Source: Trichosphaerium sp. ATCC 40318 (lineage: Eukaryota > Protista > Tubulinea). Taken from it: 64,000 nt of DNA. The position numbers were made by a program, and so were the translations under genes. Location: assembly GCA_038496445.1 (NCBI GenBank), contig JALMLS010000571.1, positions 83,191-147,190 on the forward strand. Reading direction: 5' to 3'. Below, piece after piece: positions 53,051-64,000 of this stretch (position 1 is the stretch's first letter; every line of letters begins with the position of its first letter). A model generated the notes under the pieces. That model did no database searches and was not told where the DNA came from. It saw only the letters and a program-made list of their open reading frames with translations.

Positions 53051-54850
53051 ATGAGTTGGCGGCTTGTCGTATTAGCAGCGTCATTTGCTGCGGCGGTTAT
53101 TGCGCGAAGTTATTTCACGCTTGCGAAGACAGAGCAAAAAGCATCGAAAAAGAGCAAGTACAAGCCTACACATCGCGGTGTGGATTGCTGTATATGTCAG
53201 ACAGGACCTATCAAAGGTATTATTGAATTTCGTATTCCTTAGTGACGTCTTAGTTACGTTCAGGTGTGCGTTATATGTGCTTACACTGTGCCGGCTACAA
53301 TATATGTGAGGACTGTGAAAAACAAGGTCATGACCACATGCCAAACCACGCATTCGTTAAAATCAGCGTACCGCTACCACCGCTTTGTACAAATTCAAAC
53401 ACGCCGTTATTGCTTGAAACACTCTACCCTGGTATTATTTGCGCAAAATGGCTTGAAATTGTATCCAATTGGTTAAATTCGAGTAGGCAAAGGTGATTGT
53501 GGCGATACAGAGCTCAGTCCGAATGAAATTAAGGCATTAGAGCTAGAAACACATTGTACGCACCGCACTTTGTGCAATTAAAGCGTGGTTTATAAACCAT
53601 CATAATGTGACGTTAGTTGAACGCGACGAATTGATGGATTTGTACAACCAATTCAGGGCCCTCTCCAGTGACGGTACGGATGAAATAAACTCTTAGATCC
53701 GTTATTCTTGTACAATAACGGCAAGTAGCAGTGTATATTTGACACGTGTGATTGTAGGCGGGATTGATAAAGAGACCTTCGAGAAGTGCATGGGTCCTTT
53801 GGGAGAGACAAAGAATCTCGTTGGAGAACGCCTCTTCTACTTCTATGATGAGAGTACGTAACGAGATGTGTGTAGTAGATTGGACGCTGATGATACGATA
53901 CCATATTAGATAAGGACGGCGTTATTGATTTTTCTGAAATGGCTTGTGCACTGTCAGTCCTACAGAGAGGCACTAATGTAGAAAAGTTGCGGTGTACGAG
54001 ACCGAGATATTTGCTTGGAAGTTTTGTTCATGTTCTCACATTTACCCATTTACCAACACTTTGATTTAGGCGTGTTTAGCATGCTCGATATCAACGACTC
54101 AGGATGTACGGCTTAAAAAAAAGAGGAGATTCATCTGCGTTTCCAACTACCTACTAATTAACCATACTTGCTTCTAGACATCACCTATGACGAACTAACG
54201 GCACTGTCAAAAGCGTTTTACCAGATTGGCAAGTCGGTCATACAACACACAATGAGGCGCATCGAATCGGTAATGACATGAGCAACCTCCTCCCCATTCA
54301 AGTTTTGAAGAGCTGTGTGCCATTGCTCATCATTGGTTTTGTTTAGGCGGCATTTGAGAGCTTCGATGAAGGCGTCTTCTCACGGCCAGTCTCTGGTGCT
54401 GAGTTTTTTGCTGCAGCCGACTCTAGTGAAACAGAAGGTAAATGAGTGCCATACACAAATATATTGTAACGGGAAATATGACACTCTCTTTGTAGAGAAC
54501 ACAGAAGCGCTCGAAAAAACGAATCTGAACCAATGGATAGAACTACACAACGACACTGGTTCTCTAATGGAAGCCATGTACCAAGAAGGTTCGTTGGTTT
54601 TTTTGTTGTCATGATTAAAATAAAGCATCTCATCCTTTTTGCAGCCATCGAGGATAAGGCGCGCAAGTCCTTCAATGAAGCTGACAAGGACGGGAATCAA
54701 CAAATCTCGTACATGGAGTTCGTTGAGTGGGCTGGCAAAGACACCAACGGCATTGTCGCTTGTTGGCTAGAGATACTACAGGTACCACTGCTTGATTCAA
54801 TACTCGTATTCTAAATATTAATACAATGTGTGTTGCAGGTATTGTTTTAA
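53051..54850 (+). CDS. Signal-anchored ZZ zinc finger plus NCS/calcineurin-B-like EF-hand protein
   Basis: N-terminal hydrophobic helix; HRGVDCCICQTGPIKGVRYMCLHCAGYNICEDCE; DKDGVIDFSE, DINDSG, DKDGNQQISYMEF. Confidence 0.85.
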
Positions 54851-55032
54851 AAGCAGAAGAAAAAAAAAAAAGGGTATCGCCTATCCTAGTAGTTACTAGT
54901 CATTGTGCTATAATAAACATGTTGTAACAACAAACTAAACCTGTTGCATCCGCTGGCTATAATTATAATATTATTTACATCAAAAAGGGAGGAGGAGGTG
55001 TAGGAGAATCAACCCATCTCGGTGATAGACGC

Positions 55033-55818
55033 TCAAACAATTACAACATCAAACTCTGTGAGTGTTTTGCTAAGTTGTTGAATGTTGTTGTTGAAGCTCA
55101 GGACATTCTCCCACGTATCTTGCGTGACCCCCAATGACCGATTGAGGCTTACACTTGCCTGAACTAGCTCCTTGTTGACGTTGGTGTAGATAAATTGCAC
55201 CTGCGTTGTTTTTGTTACTGAGTGTTTTTTTAAATACATTCCAAAAAGAGCCAATAAAAACGGAGCAAGGTACCTTTTTTGCCATGTTTCGGCGCAAGCT
55301 CTCGTTTAACTGCCGCACGCGACGTTCCAGTGGTGTGAATGTGGCTGTGTCTGCAGAGAAATCTAGAGAATCTCGCAACTGGCCGACAGGTTGTCGTTCC
55401 AGCGGTTGTTCATCTACTTTTGTATCGAATGGTGTTTGCATTGGCGAAAGTATAATGTCATCGTCTTATACACGTGCCATTAGCGAAAAGTCGAGAGACA
55501 ATACCAAAATGTCCGAATGGCGTACCTTCGGTGCCCCTCTTGTCTTCTTCGCCTTCATCTTCGCCCTCGTCATCGCTTTCCTCTGCTTCACCCTACACGC
55601 GCAAATTAGCACGACTCACGCCTTCTCTGGATAAATACGTGTACCTCTACAACAGCAGCGTCTTGTGAAGCTGAAATAGGTGCAAAATCAAAATCTGTAC
55701 TCAATTAATGTACTGAGCGCGGCCTTATGTTAATTCAAGGTGTACCGTCATCATCGCTCTCTGATTCTTCACCACCAACGTCGAGTGGTGTGGCCAGAGA
55801 AAACGTTGGTTCGGACAT
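55033..55818 (-). CDS. BLOC-1 subunit 3-like protein
   Basis: GEESESDDD and GEAEESDDE acidic motifs, then coiled coil LERRVRQLNESL...IYTNVNKELVQASVSL, as in BLOC1S3. Confidence 0.6.
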
Positions 55819-55945
55819 GGCGCTCTAAAGGTGGTGTATAGAGGTTTGCTGAAAAAAAAGCCAATGTTCCCGTTTTGCAAAATCAAACATGGCTCAACCA
55901 GAGTCAAACACTATCTCAAGTGCTGAGCGACGCACCAGCTGAAGC

Positions 55946-58083
55946 ATGTTCATCCAGTTCTTCATTCTGTCGTTTAAAGGCGATTCGTTAATATTCAGAG
56001 ACTGTATCCTCCACCCTTTTTGGTATTAAACCACTCTATGATTCTTTTAAAGCCTTAACGTTACAGTTCGCCACTCAACACTAACCAACACCACTGAAAT
56101 ATTTTTTAAACATGCCAAAGACGCCAAAAAAGGTCCTGCCTTCGTACGTACATACCCTACGCCTGTAGTTTAGCCGGTTACAGCGTTAATGCCATCCAAT
56201 TGGCTAACGAGCATTTCTTAGGTAGTGGATGGCGTGTCATATATTTTTGCGCGTATTTGTGGCATGTACTTTGTTTTTGTAACAAATCGCAATGTTTCAC
56301 CTTGCATGTCCATTGCATTCCTGTCACGTATTGCACAGGTTATAAAAGATTACTGCGGAACGTTGTCAGAAGCAGTACGTTTCACGTAGGATTTTTGCAC
56401 GTCCTGTTGACTCTTGTAGGCAATCAGAGATAATTTTACACTGATATACGAGATTGTGGATGAACTTATAGACTTTGGTAACCCAGGCGTCACATTTTGT
56501 TTTGTTTTTTTCATCATTTGTGACGTACTGACCCCACTTGTTTGCAAACAGGTTACCCTCAGCTCGCAAAAACAGAGCTTATAAAACCATTCATTCACAA
56601 CGACCCAATAGCTAACCGATCAAAGCCAAAGGCAAGATCGATTATTGGAAAGAGGGTGAGTATAAATGTCAATTTCTCCTTTTATTTTTTTTCATCATGA
56701 TATTTGGTGACTTATCCCCGAATCTTGGATGTTGTTATTATTGATGAGACTAACTCGTTTGTTTGCAGTTGAATCAACAAAAGGTAGTGGCTTCTTCTAG
56801 TGCCAATAAGACGGTACTGAATAATCAAAATGACAATGAACTGTATCTGGATCTATACGAACATCTCACTGTCATTTTTGCTCAAGATGTGCGCCTTGGT
56901 TCTTTTGCGTTTGTTCCGTCGTGTTAGCACTAATCCTTCAATAGGGTACTACCACTAGAGCTGAAATTGATGGGTGTGTAACTATAAAGAGCTTCTTGCA
57001 TGGTAGTCCAGTCTTAAGAATTGGATTTAATGAGGATCTCATCATATCTCGTGACGAGTTACCAACCTTGGGTCATGGAGATACTGGTCCCGTTGTAATC
57101 AACGATTGTAGCTTCCACGAGTGTGTTTCTATGGATGGTTGGGAGAGGTACCGTTGTGCTTCCTACCTTTTTTTCCTGAGATCATCGCCGCCACGTCGAC
57201 ACTGACATTTGTTATAGCATGAGAGAGCTCACATTTGAACCTCCGGATGGTGAATTCCAAGTGATGAAATACCACATGACAGGCGGGTTTGTACCACCAT
57301 TTAGGGTATTCCCTTATATAGAGGTGGTGCATACTGACGCCATAGATGTTACCATAAAGGTATGCAGTTATTGGTTGTTTAATTGTACATACCGGGGCCG
57401 TTTCTAAGAGCGTAATTGCACCAACATAGGTTCGTGCCGACTTTCCGAAAAAGAACTTTGCAAACGAGATGAGGATTTCGTGCAAGATGCCAGTATCCAC
57501 CGTAAGGTATGTTGCATATTGCTTTTTACCTTTGTGTTGATGAGCATAATCGGCGCTAGACAAGATGTGTTTGTTAACCTTGTTGCAATAGTGCTTCTGT
57601 AGAGCTTGACAAAGCAAGTTCGTCTAACCAACGGAGCGAGTACATTGAAGAAGAGCACAAGGTGGTCTGGCACATTACTAAATTTTTTGGCGGCAGCGAG
57701 CATTCTTGCAAGATAAAACTAAATCTTGCTACTGGCACCAAGGGCTCTCCTCAAAACGAGATTGGTCCTGTCAAGTGCGCTTCAACTTTTGTGGTTGTGG
57801 TTATGCTCACATTGAATTTTAGTTTGGACTTTGAGATTCCCATGTTGTCTTGCTCCAAGTTACAAATCAGGTACATTTTTCACTTTTTTTTTTGATAGTA
57901 CGACTAATGTAACAAAGATACTTGCGCGTGGCGGACGGAAACGCATCACCTTATAGATGGGTCCGTGCCATTACAAAAACGAACTCGTACACTGTGCGAC
58001 TGGGTCAAGGCGCTGCCAAAGACAAATACCCTCCTAGAGGCAGCCTATATAGTCAAAATGCTTACGGAAGTGCCATGTACTAG
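55946..58083 (+). CDS. AP4M1: AP-4 adaptor complex mu subunit
   Basis: MFIQFFILSFKGDSLIFRDFR, YEIVDELIDFG.PQ, KSFLHGSPVLRIGFNEDL, DCSFHECV, FEPPDGEF.VMKY, YRWVR. Confidence 0.9.
56004..56066 (+). other. U12-type (minor spliceosome) GT-AG intron
   Basis: 5' GTATCCT, branch-site GCCTTAAC at 56052-56059 just upstream of the 3' CAG; removal restores FRD-F-R. Confidence 0.8.
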
Positions 58084-58565
58084 CCTCACTTTAGAGCGCC
58101 ACGGCATTAGTTATTCTGTGGGCGACAAGCAACAACAAAAAAAAGATTAATTAATACGCTTCTAAAACCATAATCTGTATTGTACCCTTAATACATGTGC
58201 ACACAACTATACATAATCTAGATTCCTGTTTTAGTTATTATTTCGTTATTATAATTAACAAGTGTGGTGCACAACGTCAGTTTATTTCAATTGTTAAAGT
58301 AGCTGGAAGGAGATTGACCCTGCGCTGTGATACTCTATATTGACTGTAAGGCTCACCAACAGGTTATGATAGCCATACTCACGGCTTGATGGATCCAACC
58401 CTGGTACAATTTCCTTTGTTGCTATACGACCCTGAGGTACGCGTCAATACGTGTGGTCGCAACGAGCACGTGCTCGAGGAGCATGGGGTTTTTTTTTTTT
58501 TCAAGTTTGTACAAATGCGAAATTATTTTGCCTCGTAGCTCACGTTGGCGCTGTAGGACATACCA

Positions 58566-59780
58566 ATGTTGAGTGTAAGGCAGTTGATTGCTGAAGAAAC
58601 GCGTTTGCAAAAAACACGGCAGCAATTAATCTCCCTCCTCGACTACATCACAGATAAGCAAAGAGAGATTGCGAGCGCAATAAAGGTCCGACAATTAGCG
58701 GAGGAGAAGGAGCAGATGGAAGTACTTGAGCGCAATAAGGTAAACTTTTCGTTGTTGGCTTTTTTGTTAAGATAATGATGAATTTGCTCCCTTTCCTTAC
58801 GAATGCATAGCTTTTACAACAACGAGATGAAGCACTACGAAAGTAAGATTTTGCATCACGTGCTCAAAAATAATGATTTTTTTTTTTTCAGACGGCTAAA
58901 TGACTTTGAACTACAACGGGAGCAGGAAGCGGAGGCTTGGCAACAGATGAAGCGCATCGACAAGTTTCGGGACAAAAAGAACAAGAAAGAACAAGGGGAA
59001 CTGCGCAAGTATGCTAGAATACAACCAACTGCCCTTGCAGCTTTTTTTTTTCGTTTTTCTGCGTTAGGAAACGAAAAGTAGTTTATTAATGCACATCTAT
59101 CTTTAAAGGGTAGAAGAGGATTTGCTTCAGTTTGCTGCTGAGCAGGATGCGCTGCTAAGAAACTCCCAGCCAGTTATTGAACAATCAGAGACGTCGGAGA
59201 CATCGGAGGAAGTGAGTCAGGAGGTTATATCAAGAAATATCTTTAAGGGCAAGAACAAACGACGTGATGGCGACCACCTCCTCATGAAAGAAAAAAGAAG
59301 GAAGAGAGCAGAAGCAAAAAGGTACACGTTGAAGGATGAGATAAAGTCCCTAACCTTAACCGCTATAGGCACTCTCGCGCACCAACAACTAAAACAAACT
59401 CAAAACTGAAAGAACAGCCTGCCATAAGTGGTATAAAAAAGGTAGCGTCTGAATTTCGTATGTGTGCGCTCTCTCCCTCCTCATACCTACTTAGAACGGC
59501 AGGATACGATCACATCGCAAAGTACGTTCCATGGTGGCTAGTCCATGGGAACCAGATAGCCACGATGACGGTGGAGCCACAAGAGATGTACGGCATAATT
59601 TTGTTAAGTTTCGTTTTGTATTATTATTCAACGCGTAGCACTTACAATGATACAAGAGAAGCAATTCAGATGCAGTATTTGCAAATGGGTGGCATGCCAG
59701 CGAGAATGATTCCAATGGCAAGATCGAGTAAACCCAAGAAAAAAAAAGAAAGAATATCATGCATGTCCTCCGCCATTTAG
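58566..59780 (+). CDS. Hypothetical coiled-coil, Lys/Arg-rich protein
   Basis: Exon chain through ORFs 58566-58775, 58803-59081, 59122-59409 and 59460-59780. Confidence 0.55.
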
Positions 59781-59916
59781 CCGTAAGACACACCTAGCTG
59801 TACAACCGTGCACGTGACTGGTACCGGGAAGTGATTGTAAAATACAAAGAGGTCACGCTTTGTTGTTATAAGTTAAAAAAGTTTCGTTGTTGTTTTTATA
59901 GCGAACGGTGCTACGA

Positions 59917-62206
59917 TCAATTCTCATCTTCATCCTGTGCACGTTTCACGTCAATGCAGTGCGTTGCATTGCACAACAAACCTCTTAGATTCCAAATGAC
60001 ATTACAGTCCGTTGGTTGACTGTTGTAGCTCGAGTCTACAGCCCTCACACAGATCTTAAAGTCCTGTTGGTCCAGTGGTATTGGAATGTCTGCCTCCCTA
60101 TTACACCTCTCAGAACAAATGCTACTTACTTGACAATAAATGGGGTAACGTACCACAATGACCAAGCCCACGTTTTACCTCGTGGTTGTGGCACCTTCTT
60201 TAGATCGGCATTCTCCCAATCAGCGCCTTGTACACCTACATCTACGCGTACAATCTCGCGACCTCCTCCACTGTACGAGTAGCCCTTAACGGTCAAGTAT
60301 TCATCATCCTTGTCGATCACAAAGTTTGTAGGCGGCTCTGTGATGGCAGATTGTACAGGTAGCTCTTGAATTGACGGTCCAGGTGGCGCCTCTGCGCTTG
60401 TATCCCAGTCAATGCGTGGTGCGTACAACTTGTAGTCCTTTTGCTGCCAAAAGCTGTCGCTCTCCTCATCGCTGACAGTGACATGAGATAACTGCACAAC
60501 ACGGATTATTAGTTAACTAACTCACACACTTTCTAGAAAAAAAAAAAAACCGCAGCAACCGTACCCATTTAACGTTGCGGCACCCAACATGTCCTGGCAC
60601 AACCACACGTAACGGGAAACCATGATCTAATGGTAGCTGTTCGCCATTCATCTCTAGCGCCACAATAACGTCTCCATCATCGCTTAGGGCTTTGCTAAAG
60701 GAAGGTACATGTGTCAACTCGATGCTTGCACAGTACGACAACAAGTACAAAATAAGAATGCCTTACTTGATCGGAATAGATGCACCGTATGGAATATTTT
60801 CAGGGTCCGTGTCTAACCCTTTGAATTGAACGTGTTGCCTGCTTCGTGTTGCATTTGATATACCTGCCAAGTAACCCGCATTAATGTGTGTGGCTGGGTC
60901 ATCATGCACCCACTAGGTAGTAGTAGGCACAGACGTACCAACGTATTTCAGGATATCTGCTAGCCGCACGCCTCTCCATGTTGCCGTAGAAATTGCACCA
61001 ATATCCCACTGGGTGCCTAACAGTCTTGTCATTAGTTTGAAGCGAGCACATATGTGTTAGCTGGTTTGGTTGGTGATTACCTCGTGTTTCTTTTGCGCCT
61101 GACAAGTCTTTTCTGCGGTTGCCAGCGCACTGTACTGTGGAAGTGACTTCCACCAGTGGAAATTTATCACGCAGTTCCTCTAATGTAAAGGTAGCGGTCT
61201 TGATGTCATCTCCTGACACTTGCAGTTTGAAATTTTGAATGTCTACAACCGGCACAGGAAGGTGGTTTCGCACAAAGAATAGGTCATTTGGCGTAATAAG
61301 GTTGTCTGCTAGAAGTGCTCGGGGCGTTTCTGCATTAAATGGCTTTGGTGTGTGCACCTTTTGCAGTGAGTGAGTATACCAATGGGATATTGCAGCTTTT
61401 TAGTCATTTTGCGGCCGTATGAGTTTGTCCACGTGCGAAAAAAGCCGCAACATATTTCAAAATATAGGCGTACCCTGAGTGCGGGGTGGCGGCTTGGATC
61501 GTTTGCGTATGGGTCATTTACATCGGTTACGGTATCGGTTGGCGCCTCGGCGAGTGTACCAATACGAAGGGTTGAAAGCAACTCCAGCGTGTCTGCAGTG
61601 TTGTGTGCTGCATACATGCGCCAAAAGGGCTCGATAGATGCTCCTACAACGAGTCACGAATAATTTTTTTGGGTATTGGTCAATGAATCATTGTGGTAGC
61701 GTGTGTCATGTCAAATTTACCTGCTGCCAATAATATCTTACTGCCTCCTGGATGCATTTCAATAAATTCTGTCACGTCGTACACGCCTTGCTTGTACGTT
61801 ACCCAAATGCCTGTATCTGGTGATGTGTGAGCTGCGACATGAGCAAGCGTGTAAATTGGGTAGTCTTCTTTTTCTGAATTATCGTTTTCGCTTTTAACGC
61901 TGTTTGTGGTATCTGTGTCTGCGCTATCTTCGGCTGCTGAATCCAAGAAACCTGTTGTCAACCACATTGCCAGCGACGAAAGTACGATCGCTCCAGCGCC
62001 AATGGCGTATGATGAGACCACTTCTGCGCAAATAAGTTGAAGTTACATTTGATTTTTTTTAGCGACGTACTACGAGGCTCCCGGTGTAATGAATGTACAT
62101 TTCGCCTGTAAGTGGTGCGAGTATGTGATGATTGCTGTTTGTAACGTGAATCCCTTCTTGCATGTAATTGGCGTGCAGTACTCTTGTTAAGCACTTGTCG
62201 TAGCAT
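59917..62206 (-). CDS. SUOX: Mitochondrial sulfite oxidase (cytochrome b5 + Moco + dimerisation domains)
   Basis: Presequence; [14 protein letters not shown]; PFNAETP; [10 protein letters not shown]; QCAGNRR; [12 protein letters not shown]; [10 protein letters not shown]; GYSYSGGGR; IWNLRGL. Confidence 0.95.
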
Positions 62207-62428
62207 TGTGTCTCCGGGTGTAAGTACAAATTTAGCATTTGAGCAGAATTCGCCAACCAAAATCCAAATTGACCAATCAAGTCTAAAGTTTTCTTTGTTT
62301 GTGTGCTAAAAACATGAAATGTAGAAGTATACACTTGTTTATCATACTTTCATTAACTGTCAAAGGAGTAAATGAAAAATAAATGATGAACATGTAAATT
62401 TGGACTGTTTATTTCCATCAATATCTCA

Positions 62429-64000
62429 TTTTTTTTTTTTTTTTTTTTTTTTTCAAAAAAAGGTGGGTTTATTGTGCTGTGGACGACAATAACCACACAT
62501 GCAATTGGGTTACATTAGGTTTTTACAAATCAAAATATGGATCTTCATCCCATTTATCTGAACTTTCATATTTGAGTAATAGTTGTGTTTTTTCCTTTTA
62601 TTCCTAATAATGGGGGTTAAGTGGTTAGTAATTGAATTAATATAAGTGTTTTAGAAGGTGTGGTTGGTAAGGAAGGAGGTTTAGGTGGAGGAGGTAAGCC
62701 TGCACCCCAATCTTTCCAGGTATCAGTGATATCTGCCAACCGAAATTACCAACATAAGTGAATTTTTCTTCATCTGGAGGATTTTCACACTGTGAGTTGT
62801 CAATGTTGAGTGCAACAAGAATATTTTGTTGATGCCAGAAGAGGACTTTGTGAACGACTGGAGTTACTTCATCATGGAGAAGAGAGTTGCAACACTTCCA
62901 AATGCAATGCATAATGAAGCTGATGTGAATGGCTTTTTTTTTGTTAATGGTTAGCTTAAAAGTGTTAAAAGACCAGGAGAATAAGAAGGATGAAATGTGT
63001 TTGATGAGCATACTACCTATAGCATTAGCATATTTCCATTCAAAAAATAGACAATGACAGTGTAGTGGATACATGACATCAATGTTTGACAAAAAGGAGC
63101 TTTAGCAGATATCTCCAAAGAATATCTCTAGGTTTGTTGACTCTTCTAAGCTTACTGACAGACTTGAGCATAAGATGAACTTTCCAGCCTAAATCTATCA
63201 TTGCTTGGAGAGTAGGTGGCCAGTGAACCTGGTTGGGAGTAGGGGTATTATGTTTGACAATGTCAGAGACTTTGACATAGGTTTGATTAGGAGGAATTTT
63301 TACACCACAACCTAATTTGAGCCATTGGTCATGGCAATAATTTCCTATTTCAGAAAGACTAGATTCCCAGAGATCAAAATACAGTGTGATTGTGTTGAGG
63401 TGCCTAAACCAAAGAGAAGCTTTAAAATTGTCAGCTATGGTGGAGATATCAGGGATAGACAGCTCACCCAAGTGGAAAGGGAGAGCAGTCCTAGAACCTA
63501 AGGAAGAACGATAAGTGTGGTTGTTATTGTAGACTTTGGAAACATTGTTAGCACTGTCATAATATCCATAAAACATGAACCAGTTGACAATGTTACGCCA
63601 TAGCTTATCGATACACAAAGGTATTTGCAGAGGTTTAGCAAAATATAAGATACGTGATTGGGCATATGTCCTGAGTATTGAGTGCTTGGCCTTGAGAGTC
63701 CTAGCATAGGGTTTCCATAAGTTCAGAGACTTGATGATACCGTCAATTGCCTTATGAAAGTTGAAGGTGAGAGAGTTACCTGGTGACAGATCAAAGCCTA
63801 AGTATTTAGTAATAGAAGCAGGGGAAAGTACTTGTTTTATATCTTTGACAACGTTAATTTGAAAGCACTTGGCTTTGTTCAAGAATAATCCAGATGCTTT
63901 AGAGTAATTGTTAATCATATCTAGGCAGAGTGTAATATCAGAGGTGGATGAGGAGTTAGTAATGCGTTTTGTCAGCAAAGAAGATTTGTTTGAGGAGAAG
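62429..64000 (-). mobile_element. 3' part of an L1/Tx1/TRE-like non-LTR retrotransposon with poly(A) tail; frameshifted
   Basis: RT C-terminal motifs SKASGLFLNKAKC and KYLGF, intronless; T25 at 62429-62453 and an AATAAA signal at about 62468-62473 on the minus strand; stop and frame change near 63080. Confidence 0.88.

Noticed and set aside
55206-55634. 142-aa plus-strand ORF with a hydrophobic end
   Set aside because: Antisense to the acidic BLOC1S3-like exons
1-64000. Alternative genetic code or widespread pseudogenes suggested by fragmented ORFs
   Set aside because: Stops fall inside GT/GC-AG introns, spliced products are intact, and genes end in TAA, TAG and TGA
1-64000. CRISPR arrays, tRNA or rRNA genes, bacterial operons, viral insertions
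   Set aside because: No spaced direct repeats, cloverleaf or rRNA-like tracts noticed by eye, and nearly all genes are intron-rich eukaryotic ones; a covariance-model scan would be needed to exclude small RNAs

Overview
Gene-dense, AT-rich eukaryotic nuclear DNA, not prokaryotic. It is probably a free-living protist, most likely an amoebozoan (inference from gene content: AP-4 mu, a Rab32-type GTPase, BLOC-1, animal-type sulfite oxidase, a U12 intron). About 27 protein genes are broken by very many short spliceosomal introns (mostly about 40-90 nt), so the ORF track only shows fragments; gene spans below were spliced by hand and some ends are approximate. Recognisable genes: ASRGL1, DUS4, VPS45, PDHX-like, PNKP, EIF2B2, SF3B6, EMC1, RPL27, SSU72, NIPSNAP, phosducin-like, RapGAP, RRM protein, POLR1C, Rab32-like, BLOC1S3-like, AP4M1 and SUOX, plus the 3' end of a degenerate non-LTR retrotransposon with its poly(A) tail. 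Most notable: (1) a Prm1-like cell-fusion protein with a mucin-like insert, lying directly upstream of (2) a type-I membrane protein with a catalytically dead nicotinamidase ectodomain; (3) further predicted pseudo-enzymes, namely a RING-coiled-coil-pseudokinase, a RhoGAP lacking the arginine finger, a lipoyl-less E3BP and a Rab with DxxG changed to DxxA; (4) unusual splicing, with GTACG-type donors, about ten GC-AG introns, 6-nt and 14-nt micro-exons and one U12-type intron; (5) a helical-repeat protein with a RAP-like nuclease domain. All homology calls are by motif recognition only; no searches were run.
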